Source of the DNA: Candidatus Saccharimonadota bacterium
GTDB taxonomy: Archaea > Nanohalarchaeota > Nanosalinia > Nanosalinales > Nanosalinaceae
Length of the DNA stretch: 32,000 bases
Reading direction: 5' to 3'
NCBI RefSeq assembly: GCF_047555085.1
Contig: NZ_CP180230.1
Location: 510,001-542,000 of the forward strand
The notes beneath the pieces were generated by a model, which saw only the letters and a program-made list of their open reading frames with translations, ran no database searches and was not told the origin of the DNA. Position numbers and translations under genes: made by a program. Below, piece by piece: positions 1-8,787 of this stretch. Each line of letters opens with the position of its first letter. The stretch's first letter is position 1.

Positions 1-469
1 TTACTTTGGACATGACCTGTTCGCCATTGAAGAACATCCTGGAGGTACCCGTATTATTTTCATGAGTGATGGTGTACATGTTCCAGCTATCAACGTTATC
101 TGCAGTATAGCTTCCTATCTTGTAGTATCCATCCTTCGTGTTCTCAAGCACGTATCCTGACCACCCGCTTTCATCGCCATCAGGATGGATTATGAATCCG
201 CTTGCTGATCTGTCTGACCATCCTGCTCCGGTAGCGTTCCATGTGCTCTGAGCTGAATGCATCCATACATTCACAGTGAATGAAGGGCTTGTCCTGTAAT
301 CATGTCTTATCCTGCCATCCACACCGTCAAAACTGTGGGAATTTTCTCCCAGAAGGCCTTTAGCTCCCTGTGAAACACCGCCTAATAAAGTTCCATGATT
401 ATCTCTCCCTGAATGATCATAGGCCTCTCCCGAAGTCCCGGTAAGCGGCCAGTATCCTGTCAAAGTCAC
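1..469 (-). CDS. LamG/concanavalin-A-like (Laminin_G_3 type) domain protein, 3' end outside window
   Basis: Not in the ORF track because it runs off the window edge. The reverse frame is open from 469 to 1 and translates VTLTGYWPLTGTSGEAYDHSGRDNHGTLLGGVSQGAKGLLGENSHSFDGVDGRI..., the same N-terminal pattern as the LamG paralogs at 28680-30741. The GTG at 469-467 overlaps the upstream stop (GTGA); TTG at 463 is an alternative start. Confidence 0.6.
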   Translation of the reverse strand, partial: MTLTGYWPLTGTSGEAYDHSGRDNHGTLLGGVSQGAKGLLGENSHSFDGVDGRIRHDYRTSPSFTVNVWMHSAQSTWNATGAGWSDRSASGFIIHPDGDESGWSGYVLENTKDGYYKIGSYTADNVDSWNMYTITHENNTGTSRMFFNGEQVMSKV

Positions 470-1242
470 AGTGTATCATCTGGCGAAATTTCTGAAGGTT
501 TTTCCAGCTGATACAGCGCTTTTATCTCAGGAGTGCTTAAAGGCCTGTCGTAAATCCTTAATTCATCCATGCTTCCTATTATCGGCTGGTAGTTTGTCGG
601 AGGTGTTCTCTCACCGATATAGGTTTTCTCTGCACCTGCAGTGAAATCAAGAATCCATTCGCCTTCTTTAACTCCATCAACGAACACTTTGAAGCTGTTT
701 CCCTGTTTCCTAACGACGTAATGATGCCATGAACCATCGAAAGGTATCGTGAAGCTTGATTTCTGATAGATATCTGCAACGCTACTATGAAGATCCAGTT
801 TAGGATCAGATGGTTCATACTGGACAGCAAAGTATGTGGCCTGATCGCTGCCAGAAGCTGACTCCGAGTACATCGTTGCATGTCCATCCGGCCCTTTATC
901 GGTGTGCGCCGCCCAGAAACTCAGAGTGGCATTCTCCATCGAAGGAATTCCTATAACCTCTCCAAGTTCCAGGGCGTCATCGCTGCTGTCAAAAGCCAGA
1001 GCAGTTCCATACTTGCCGGACACCCAGTCCCCATCAGTAGTCCCATCGTTACTCATCACTTCATCTGTTACTGTTGAACCCGAACCCGAGTCCATAGGAT
1101 AGTACGCGACAAGGCCTTCAGTCAGGGAACCGTGAAAATACCCTTGCTGTAAACTCCCGCCACGAGAAATATTGTCAGCTACAGTTCCTGCTGAATCCTC
1201 CGGACTTCTGAAATCATCACCGTTCCAGTTTAACTTCGGCAT
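466..1242 (-). CDS. LamG/concanavalin-A-like domain protein
   Basis: 258 aa ORF. Motifs LVAYYPMDSGSGSTVTD...GKYGTALAFD...LSFWA...WHHYVV...FKVFVDG...DELRIYDRPLSTPEIKALY are typical of Laminin_G_3 jelly-roll domains. No N-terminal signal peptide is visible. Confidence 0.8.
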   Translation of the reverse strand: MPKLNWNGDDFRSPEDSAGTVADNISRGGSLQQGYFHGSLTEGLVAYYPMDSGSGSTVTDEVMSNDGTTDGDWVSGKYGTALAFDSSDDALELGEVIGIPSMENATLSFWAAHTDKGPDGHATMYSESASGSDQATYFAVQYEPSDPKLDLHSSVADIYQKSSFTIPFDGSWHHYVVRKQGNSFKVFVDGVKEGEWILDFTAGAEKTYIGERTPPTNYQPIIGSMDELRIYDRPLSTPEIKALYQLEKPSEISPDDTL

Positions 1243-1327
1243 CTAAAACAAGTATAGGCCTCGGACAGTTTTTAATTTTCCCGCAGAACAGGGAAATTTT
1301 TTAACGAAAGACCCAGAAAACAACTGT

Positions 1328-1675
1328 ATGAGCACATTTCTCGCAGAACTGGTGATGACTTCCCTGACAGTGGTAGCGCCAGGCCTATACTTCCTGCTAT
1401 TTGTAGAGCCGGCAGAAGGCCTGAAAGGGTACAGATACAGATTTCTGGAGGAAAATGGTGCACTGGAATCAATCAACAACGCTGCCACAGTCGGAGTAAT
1501 CGGCTACATGATTTTCATCCTGTCAGTCCCTGCATTGAATGCTTTCTTCGGCACAGTATTCTCTCTGACGGTAACACAAGCTGTGAACTCTATGGGGACA
1601 GTGCTTCAGGTATTTACGCTGATTATACTTACTTTACTGAACACTACGCTGGCATATCTGGGCCTCAGAAAATAA
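1328..1675 (+). CDS. small integral membrane protein (about 3 TM helices), unknown function
   Basis: 115 aa ORF with three long hydrophobic segments. An ATG start lies downstream of A/T-rich boxes in a divergent spacer. The stop abuts the stop of the convergent gene with 0 nt between them. Confidence 0.55.
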   Translation: MSTFLAELVMTSLTVVAPGLYFLLFVEPAEGLKGYRYRFLEENGALESINNAATVGVIGYMIFILSVPALNAFFGTVFSLTVTQAVNSMGTVLQVFTLIILTLLNTTLAYLGLRK

Positions 1676-2332
1676 TCATTCGCTGTAAAGCGGATCGTTG
1701 AATATCTGTCCCAGAATCTTCGCTCCTGTATCTATCCCGAGATCTTCATCTATCTCCAGGATTTTCTCCTCTCTTTTCTTCCCGAGTTCTACAGCCTCAA
1801 CAATATTTTCTTCCTCAGGCCTTGGAACATAGCTTACAAGCTCCAGATACTTCAGATCTTTCTTCCTGATCACGCCTTCCGAGACAAGTTCCTCTGCCTT
1901 CTCACGTGTAGGCCTCTCGATATGGCCTTCAACAACATTGCTGGCGAAATACTCCACATCGTCTTCAGGATAGCCGAGGAATTCTCCTACACCCTCATCT
2001 GAGAATCCGTAGAAACGTCCTTCAGTACTTTCCAGTTCTTCAAATCTTTCGCCATCACTTGCGATAAAGAATCCTCCTTTGAAAAGCCTAGAATCCCTAC
2101 GCAGAATCTTATCTAAAAGGCCTCTTTCACCTTCTCCGCCCGTGTAGATATACTCGAGATCGAACTCTCTGCAGAAATCTTCCAGGATGTTCCTGTCCTT
2201 CATATCAGGGTTCATTATCAGCACTCCAGGCCTCTCCCCGATCACGAGGAGGTAAAGAGCCAGTTTCTCGTCCTGGACGACGGCATCATTCAGGCGGTGC
2301 TGGAAGTAGTCCTGCACAAGTTCTGGTTCCAT
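1676..2332 (-). CDS. acidic hypothetical protein
   Basis: 218 aa ORF whose acidic composition is consistent with neighbouring genes. No motif was recognised with confidence. Confidence 0.6.
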   Translation of the reverse strand: MEPELVQDYFQHRLNDAVVQDEKLALYLLVIGERPGVLIMNPDMKDRNILEDFCREFDLEYIYTGGEGERGLLDKILRRDSRLFKGGFFIASDGERFEELESTEGRFYGFSDEGVGEFLGYPEDDVEYFASNVVEGHIERPTREKAEELVSEGVIRKKDLKYLELVSYVPRPEEENIVEAVELGKKREEKILEIDEDLGIDTGAKILGQIFNDPLYSE

Positions 2333-2377
2333 AGCTTCAGTTTAACTTAAAAGGGTTAAAAATTGTTCTGTATCTTT

Positions 2378-3007
2378 ATGGGCCTGAAACTTCTTGTTAC
2401 AAGCGATTTTCACGCCGACGAACAGCTTAAAGACGCAGCTATAGAGGAGGCGAACAGCGGAGACTACGATATTTTTCTGAATCTGGGTGACTTCATGACA
2501 GAGGAGTACGCCGAGGAACTTTTCGAACCTATAGAAATCCCGGCGCTTGGATGTACCGGTAACAGGGATATGCATTTCAGCAGCGAGTTCATGGACGGTC
2601 CGGTGCCGGTGTACAACTTTCTGGAAGCTGATATCGACGACGAGTATCTTCTGATCCTTATCGGAGGCGACTTCCCAGAGGATATCAAGCAGAAAGTCGA
2701 CGACCTGCTTCAGGACAGAGACGGATCAAAAGTTATAATCGGATCACATTATCCACCGAAGAAGCTGGGAGACAGAGTTCACTCCGGCGAAAGAGTAGGA
2801 TTTGACCAGTACCGTGAACTCCTTATCAAGCACAAGCCAGCTCTCTGGGCCTCAGGCCATATCCATGAAGACTTTGGACGTAACTCACTTTTCGACACAG
2901 AGTTCATCAACGCAGCAGGAGAGGAAACAGGAAAGGCCTACTCGGTAACTATAGGAGATGAAGGAGGAGTAGAAGATATAGAGGAGATACAGCTCGTCGA
3001 AAAGTAG
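2378..3007 (+). CDS. metallophosphoesterase (calcineurin-like phosphoesterase)
   Basis: Ordered motifs SDFHAD (DxH), LGDF (GD), GNRD (GNH/D-type), GSHYPP and SGHIHEDFG (GHxH). ATG at 2378 is preferred over the track start (TTG) at 2363. Confidence 0.75.
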   Translation: MGLKLLVTSDFHADEQLKDAAIEEANSGDYDIFLNLGDFMTEEYAEELFEPIEIPALGCTGNRDMHFSSEFMDGPVPVYNFLEADIDDEYLLILIGGDFPEDIKQKVDDLLQDRDGSKVIIGSHYPPKKLGDRVHSGERVGFDQYRELLIKHKPALWASGHIHEDFGRNSLFDTEFINAAGEETGKAYSVTIGDEGGVEDIEEIQLVEK

Positions 3008-3016
3008 GGAAATTTT

Positions 3017-3796
3017 CTAGAAATCGACGACAAGATTGTCGTAGGCCTCTTCAAGAGCATCATCTACGTATTGGAGCTCCTGAAGTACAGGCCTTCCGAA
3101 CTCCTCGTCTTCATAAACAGCTGCTTCCTGTGAATCAAAATATCCCTGCTGTATATCATCTCTTCTCCTTAACTCGTGAAGTCTTCGATTCTTCAGCTGC
3201 TGAACTCTTGACTGAAGGCCTTCAAGCTCGCCAACTAGATCTACAGCGTCGTCAAGATCTACAGGCAAAGGATTCTCCTCGTTTAGTTCGTATAATGTAT
3301 CTTTTACTTCTTTGATGTCGTGCATGTAGTTTCTCAGGCTGTCTCTTTCCACTTTCGCATCCTGGACTATGTGCTCCCGCAGTTTCGCAGGATACTTGGA
3401 AAGCTTCTCGAACTGGCCTTTGACAACTTCATTAAACTGTGCGCCGTTGTCAAGATGCTTGATAAACTGCAGTGCGCTTCCATCATCTATGTCGGGTACA
3501 TTGGCAAGTTCGTCGAATAGATCAGCTGCTGGGAGCGAGAGATCGTATTCGGAGGCAAAAATACTGATTCTGTCCTTCGAGTTCTCTCTATTGAAGAACT
3601 CCTCGCTGTATATATCTATGACTTTGTTTCCGGCTTTTGAGGATAACATCTGGCGCCCTCCACCGTTTTGAACAGGTTGAGACAGAACTTTTTCACGGAA
3701 ATCCTGTAAAGAATCTATGTCATCCTCCAGATCCCTTATAGCTTCTTCAACAGTCTCAAAGGCCTTTTCAGTGTATTCCTGTGCCGGATTGCTCAT
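3017..3796 (-). CDS. acidic coiled-coil hypothetical protein
   Basis: The track ORF extends to 3895, but that extension overlaps the upstream gene and is basic and Ser-rich. The internal start MSNPAQEYTEKAFE at 3796 fits the gene spacing. Confidence 0.6.
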   Translation of the reverse strand: MSNPAQEYTEKAFETVEEAIRDLEDDIDSLQDFREKVLSQPVQNGGGRQMLSSKAGNKVIDIYSEEFFNRENSKDRISIFASEYDLSLPAADLFDELANVPDIDDGSALQFIKHLDNGAQFNEVVKGQFEKLSKYPAKLREHIVQDAKVERDSLRNYMHDIKEVKDTLYELNEENPLPVDLDDAVDLVGELEGLQSRVQQLKNRRLHELRRRDDIQQGYFDSQEAAVYEDEEFGRPVLQELQYVDDALEEAYDNLVVDF

Positions 3797-3851
3797 GGAA
3801 TGGGAAGGCTTCAGAAAAATTATAACTGTTACTTGGACTCGACAAAATTTT

Positions 3852-4283
3852 CTAGTAAGTTGTTTGGCCGAAGAACTGCTTCTCCTTCCAGACAAGATCT
3901 GTCTGTGTGTCGCTGGTGCGTGTGCCCCGATGATTTACAGTGAATTCCTTCCAGGCCTCCACATCTTCTACACCACAGGCGATCACAATCGTGAACTCGA
4001 GGCCTGATTCATCCAGCACGTCAGAAGTTTTTTCCACATCTTCCTCGGAAAAATTCTCCACAATATCAAGGCCTATAGATCCTCCAACAGTTATGACAGG
4101 CCTTTCATCGTTTCTTTTCACTTCGACAGTTTTCTCCTTCCTCGAGATACCGTCTTTCCCTATGTTAACTCGCTCGCTGAGAAACGTGTAGAGAGACTGT
4201 TCAAAGTTTTCTCCGCTCTCAGGCGGCACCCATGATTTCACATCTCCAACGACATCACGGAAAAGCCTCTGGCCGTCATCCAT
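3852..4283 (-). CDS. hypothetical protein
   Basis: 143 aa acidic ORF in an apparent operon with 4308-4808 and 3017-3796. A D...ExK-like pattern (GLDIVE...VEK) is too weak to call a nuclease. Confidence 0.5.
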   Translation of the reverse strand: MDDGQRLFRDVVGDVKSWVPPESGENFEQSLYTFLSERVNIGKDGISRKEKTVEVKRNDERPVITVGGSIGLDIVENFSEEDVEKTSDVLDESGLEFTIVIACGVEDVEAWKEFTVNHRGTRTSDTQTDLVWKEKQFFGQTTY

Positions 4284-4307
4284 AGATAGTTTTTCTCTTC
4301 AACTTAT

Positions 4308-4808
4308 TTACTTCTTGATCCCGTCGTGGATCCAGTCCATCTGCCACCAGTCATCCATCACCCATTCCTGTTCTTCCTCCTTCGACTCCGGTATCCCCAT
4401 AGGATCGATGAAAACAGGACTGCCATCTGAGATGAAAACATTGCCTATAAGATCGCCATGCGGCTCTAATTCAGGCCTCTGATGGAGCTCGGACACAACT
4501 TCCAGGGCCTCGTTAAATGCCGCTTCCGCCTCCTCAAAGGCGTATCCATCCATAGTAGCGTACTCAAGATTGGCATCTAGATCAAGCCTTTCCATACCGA
4601 CTGCTGCAAGGCCTGTTTCGTCCTCTACAGCAAAGTAAGGTTCCGGGAAGTAATCCGGCAGTACCTCGTAATTATTTCTCAAGGCCTCAAGCTCCTCGCT
4701 GAAATCCGTGTTACGTCTGGAAGTGAACTCTGTTCTCTCATCCCTTCTCTTCAGAAAATAATCCTCGGGTACTTCCTCGGTGTAGAAGACGATATTCTGG
4801 AAGGGCAT
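4308..4808 (-). CDS. small protein with kinase-like catalytic-loop motif (paralog of 9366-9947)
   Basis: 166 aa. It shares MERLD ... HGDLIGNVFISDGSPVFIDPMGIPE with MERFD ... HGDLTNNILYDGETFKFFDPVGEPY of ORF 9366-9947. This resembles the HGDLxxxN / DxG motifs of RIO/Bud32/Kdo-type kinases, but the spacing is atypical. Confidence 0.5.
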   Translation of the reverse strand: MPFQNIVFYTEEVPEDYFLKRRDERTEFTSRRNTDFSEELEALRNNYEVLPDYFPEPYFAVEDETGLAAVGMERLDLDANLEYATMDGYAFEEAEAAFNEALEVVSELHQRPELEPHGDLIGNVFISDGSPVFIDPMGIPESKEEEQEWVMDDWWQMDWIHDGIKK

Positions 4809-4961
4809 GCAAAGAGAAACAACACCAACAACTAAATATGTTATTGCCAGGTAACAAATTTTTGATATTCGTGGTTTTTTGGGAAGTACGTTATTAATGA
4901 GGACTGCTAATCTTGGTTCAATAGTTCTTCAAATATGGGTTGTATTTACAGGTGATAAGAT

Positions 4962-5279
4962 TTGGATAAGGTGCTCACGCTTATTGTAGCTGCTTCTGTA
5001 CTTATGATTGCAGCTTTAACACTGATATTCTCCACAAATGATGCCCTGGGTAGTTTCGGCGACACAGCAGATGCCGATTCCCGTATATGCCCTATCCTTG
5101 AGTCAGATTTCCAGGATGAGAAAGATGATGGGTCAACAGCTGCTGCAAGGAATATACTTGGAGAGGCCGCCCGTAATGACTGTAGCTGGGTGGATGACGC
5201 AGAGATTGAGATGCCTGATGGAGAAGTTATAGACACTTCTCCCAGTGGATGTCCATCACAGTGGGTAGCAGTCTGTTAA
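4962..5279 (+). CDS. small signal-anchored or secreted Cys-containing protein
   Basis: 105 aa. A TTG start is preceded by AGGTGAT (SD-like, 4950-4956). It has an N-terminal hydrophobic helix VLTLIVAASVLMIAALTLIF followed by an acidic domain with 4 Cys, and lies directly upstream of the secreted GDPD gene. Confidence 0.5.
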   Translation: MDKVLTLIVAASVLMIAALTLIFSTNDALGSFGDTADADSRICPILESDFQDEKDDGSTAAARNILGEAARNDCSWVDDAEIEMPDGEVIDTSPSGCPSQWVAVC

Positions 5280-5322
5280 CAGATAGCCCTACTTATTTTA
5301 ACAGGTCAAAGTAATTCAGCTT

Positions 5323-7455
5323 ATGAGAAGGAAATATGCCAATTTAATGATTTTATTGAGCCTAACTCTTCTTTTCAGTTTTTCTGGAAGCGCTTTACTT
5401 GATTACATAGACAGAGGAGATGTTGAAGAAAGCCTGACTATATCTACGCCCGAAGGACAGGTGCTACATCATGAGGCCCGGATTGCGGAGACGCCTTTCA
5501 CATCAGACCTTGTTCAGAACTGGGAGAATATCTCTCTAGAGGCCAACAGGAAGATATCATCTACAGAATTATGGGATAATGCTTCAAACTCCACAATTGT
5601 GCTCTCAAATGAGGCAGTAATTGATGTATCTGATATCTCTCAGGGAACCTATGCAGTTTTTCTCTGGGGGTGTGACAGAAGCGATGGACCTGAATCATGC
5701 AGATGGCTAAAACCACGACTTTTTACTGTACCTACACCCGGTTCGATGGATAATACGAATACTAACTTTGAAGGAAACACAGATGATACCGGAGAATTTG
5801 AGGAGTCCGCTTCAGATGAATCAGCATGCAGAAACCCAAAAATCAGTATAAGAAAGCCTATAGTAATCAAAGAGTACGAGAGCACAAGCTTCAGAGCACC
5901 TGTAAATGACTGCAGTGCGAAAATAGATTCCTACAGCTGGAAATTTACCAAGAACGGGGATAGCGTCGCTGAGGCCTCAAGTAGCTCTACATCTCAGTCC
6001 TTTGAGGCAGGAAACTACACTGCATCAGTTGAGATGGAGGCATCTAGTGGTGCCAGTGATACAGCAGAAGCAAGTTTCTACGTTTCACAGAATATTCCTG
6101 GCGATCTGATTCTTTCAGGGCATAGAGGAGGGAAGCACGCACCAGAGAATACTTTGATGACGTTCCAGAGGACAAGAAAGATAGGTATTAACTCCGTGGA
6201 GTTCGATGTCAGGAGAGCCCGTGATGGTTACGCCGTTATACATGATAAAACAACAGATAGAACCGCTGAAAGAAGCGTGAAGGTTTCCGAGACAGATCTT
6301 GATGCTTTGAAACAGATCAATGTCGGAGAGGACTATCATAAAGGAGGAAATGAATGGGACGTATCCGAGGAACGAGCTAGAGAGGCCAGAATACCGGGAC
6401 TGGGAGAAACTCTTGACTACTTTCAGGGAACCGATATGATTCTGCGTATTGAACTGAAAGGAGATGTCAAGAAAAGCAAGGAGATGGGACATGAAATATA
6501 TGAGATGGTGGAGGAGAGAGGAATGGTAGATCAGGCAATTTTCATGTCTTTCTCAGGCACATGTATAGGAACCACAGATTCAATCATGGATGATCATCTT
6601 TCGCTAACCGGACGACTGTGCGACTGGGAGGCTCTTGAAGGCATAGAAGAGGCCTCTAACGGAGAAGCTGAGACTGCCATACTGTGGCAGAAGCGGAAGG
6701 ATCCGCGTAAAGACGTGATGAATGTCCGTAACCTTCAACTTGATTTTGTTCTTGAGGAAGCAGAGGAAGAGAACTTTGACATAATTGTTGCAAGAGATGA
6801 TGTAAATGGAATAGAGCACACAACGATGACGCGCAAGGAGTTTGTGCAGGAGGCCAGAAATAAAGGACTTGACTTTGCTTTCATGGGGTTTCGAGGATCT
6901 GATGAGGAGGCAGTATCATGCGGTGCAGAATGGCTTTCAACAAACCACCCCGCTAATCTTATCGAGAAAGTTCAGGATTTTGATGAATCAACATACTACG
7001 CCAATGAGGACTGCGCTGTAGATAACCCTACAGACCTTACAACCATACCTGCAACTCTTGGAAGCGGAGCAGGAGGTGCCAGCAACTTCCTCTCAGAATC
7101 TTTAGGCGGTGGACTAGATTATCTCACAGATGAAGGCCCCTCCGGATTTACCGAGTGGGGAGGAGAATTCGTCGACAATCCCTCCCTAGGCAAGCTAGGA
7201 GGAGGTCTTGCAGGTGTTGGCGATTACGGTGCAGGGATGGTCACTGGAACAGTAGACACGGCCGTAGAAGGCGGCACAGGATTCATGGACTGGGGAATGA
7301 CTATGAGCACAGAGACTATATCCGGCTACAAAAGGCTTCGTAAAGATCCGTCAGGAACTATATCTGATACCTATGACAGCACTAAAAACGAAGTTGAGGA
7401 AGTCGGAGAAGATATACAGGAAGGCTACTGTAACAATATAGGCCTGGGCTGCTAA
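5323..7455 (+). CDS. secreted multidomain protein: signal peptide, PKD-like domain, glycerophosphodiester phosphodiesterase (GDPD) domain, Gly-rich C-terminus
   Basis: N-terminus MRRKYANLMILLSLTLLFSFSGSALL. PKD-like segment YSWKFTKNGDS...GNYTASVEMEASSG. GDPD signature GHRGGKHAPENTLMTFQRTRKIGINSVEFDVRRARDGYAVIHDKTTDRT. The tail is rich in GGxG repeats. Confidence 0.8.
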   Translation: MRRKYANLMILLSLTLLFSFSGSALLDYIDRGDVEESLTISTPEGQVLHHEARIAETPFTSDLVQNWENISLEANRKISSTELWDNASNSTIVLSNEAVIDVSDISQGTYAVFLWGCDRSDGPESCRWLKPRLFTVPTPGSMDNTNTNFEGNTDDTGEFEESASDESACRNPKISIRKPIVIKEYESTSFRAPVNDCSAKIDSYSWKFTKNGDSVAEASSSSTSQSFEAGNYTASVEMEASSGASDTAEASFYVSQNIPGDLILSGHRGGKHAPENTLMTFQRTRKIGINSVEFDVRRARDGYAVIHDKTTDRTAERSVKVSETDLDALKQINVGEDYHKGGNEWDVSEERAREARIPGLGETLDYFQGTDMILRIELKGDVKKSKEMGHEIYEMVEERGMVDQAIFMSFSGTCIGTTDSIMDDHLSLTGRLCDWEALEGIEEASNGEAETAILWQKRKDPRKDVMNVRNLQLDFVLEEAEEENFDIIVARDDVNGIEHTTMTRKEFVQEARNKGLDFAFMGFRGSDEEAVSCGAEWLSTNHPANLIEKVQDFDESTYYANEDCAVDNPTDLTTIPATLGSGAGGASNFLSESLGGGLDYLTDEGPSGFTEWGGEFVDNPSLGKLGGGLAGVGDYGAGMVTGTVDTAVEGGTGFMDWGMTMSTETISGYKRLRKDPSGTISDTYDSTKNEVEEVGEDIQEGYCNNIGLGC

Positions 7456-7506
7456 ACAGCATTAGTTGCAGGCCTATAATAAATATTTTCTACATAAAGA
7501 GAGTTC

Positions 7507-7962
7507 ATGGATTATGTAAGAGCCTGGCAGGAACCGGATTATCCGCACGGGGACTGGATCAGCCAGGATGAGTGGATGGCTTCAGGCGTAGATGAATTAT
7601 TTGATTACGTGGAGGCCTCTGAAGAAGCAGATATTGACGGCGTCTATGAAGGATTTTTCGCATTATACAGCGAGAACGATATGGGCTCTGAAAGAATCAT
7701 CCCTCTTGAATACAGCAGCGGAACTTTCTCTACAGTTTCCGGAGTATTTGACTCGAATCCGGGAGTAACACAGAGATATACTTCATGGAACGCAGATTAC
7801 AGTTTTGAAGGCCTTATGGATGATGTTGATGCCATGGACGGTAAAATAGTGGAGCTGGAGGAAGATCAAGCAGAGATATTTGCCGAAAACTTTTCTTCCC
7901 GTGGAGAAGCTGTTGAAGCATACGAAGCCGTTATGGCTGCCGTCACAGGATTCTTCTCCTGA
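7507..7962 (+). CDS. acidic hypothetical protein
   Basis: 151 aa ORF with an ATG start preceded by the A/T-rich box ATAATAAATATTTT. No family was recognised. Confidence 0.6.
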   Translation: MDYVRAWQEPDYPHGDWISQDEWMASGVDELFDYVEASEEADIDGVYEGFFALYSENDMGSERIIPLEYSSGTFSTVSGVFDSNPGVTQRYTSWNADYSFEGLMDDVDAMDGKIVELEEDQAEIFAENFSSRGEAVEAYEAVMAAVTGFFS

Positions 7963-8008
7963 TGCATTTACATAGCTCATAAATTATTTGCTCTCAATTT
8001 CTCCATTA

Positions 8009-8749
8009 ATGTCCAGAAACTTCCTTTCAGAGGATGAAATGTACGACGCTGTAAGTGAAGGCCTCACAGAGGAACAGGAGCTGACAGACTACGAATACAG
8101 CATCATGGGAAGAGTCTCTACAGGCCTCGCAGTACTGGAAGGAAACTTCAGTCACGACGTCCTACAGGACGTCTACAGGACAGGAGGGATGTACGGCGTC
8201 CTCATCGAGAGAGTGGACGATGTTGTGGACAGTGATCATGGCTCAGAGACCGTTGACGATATCCAGGACTTTCTCGGAAGAGAAGTGGACGTACTCCGGA
8301 CAGGCGAAAGGCCTGAAAGTTACAGTCCTGTGGAAGAGGCCTCTTTCATCGCCGCGGAGGAAGTAAATAACTTGCTTGAAGGAGAAGCGCAGGAAGAGTT
8401 CGCTGACAGGATGCAGGTTCTCGCTGACGTAGTTATCGAAGAGGAAAGTAAAGACGAGTGTTATGAGGAACATCTTGAATCCGCAGATGTCATGTTCGGC
8501 AACGCTGCGTATCTACTTGATGCCTCCACCGAATACACGCCGGATGAAGGCCTTTGGAGGAAGACAGGAAGACTCCTGCAGATAACAGATGATAGAGTAG
8601 ACAGAGACAGGGACAGGACCGACAGACAGATGCATGAAAGACAGCAGAGGCTTCTGGAAGAAATCACAGGTGAACACGGCAGACGCATCGGCTGGCCTGT
8701 AAAGGCCTCCGAGAAACTGATACGTGAAGTCGGGAAAAGATCCGTCTAG
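8009..8749 (+). CDS. hypothetical protein with two Asp-rich motifs (possible isoprenoid-synthase fold)
   Basis: ERVDDVVDSD and LLQITDDRVDRDRD are reminiscent of the two Asp-rich motifs of phytoene/squalene synthase-like enzymes. The start is uncertain (TTG 7988, ATG 8009 or ATG 8039). Confidence 0.5.
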   Translation: MSRNFLSEDEMYDAVSEGLTEEQELTDYEYSIMGRVSTGLAVLEGNFSHDVLQDVYRTGGMYGVLIERVDDVVDSDHGSETVDDIQDFLGREVDVLRTGERPESYSPVEEASFIAAEEVNNLLEGEAQEEFADRMQVLADVVIEEESKDECYEEHLESADVMFGNAAYLLDASTEYTPDEGLWRKTGRLLQITDDRVDRDRDRTDRQMHERQQRLLEEITGEHGRRIGWPVKASEKLIREVGKRSV

Positions 8750-8787
8750 AAAAAACTATTTTAACTTTTCAGTACCTTCTGGTAGTC

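Noticed and set aside
579-1102. Track ORFs 579-887 (-), 880-1077 (+) and 902-1102 (+) inside the LamG gene
   Set aside because: They are fully nested in, or antisense to, a longer ORF with a clear LamG signature. Their translations are Ser/Leu/Arg/Cys-rich and not acidic, which is typical of out-of-frame reading.
3797-3895. N-terminal 33-codon extension of the 292 aa track ORF
   Set aside because: It overlaps the 3' end of the upstream gene (3852-4283). It is basic and Ser-rich, and an internal ATG at 3796 gives normal spacing.
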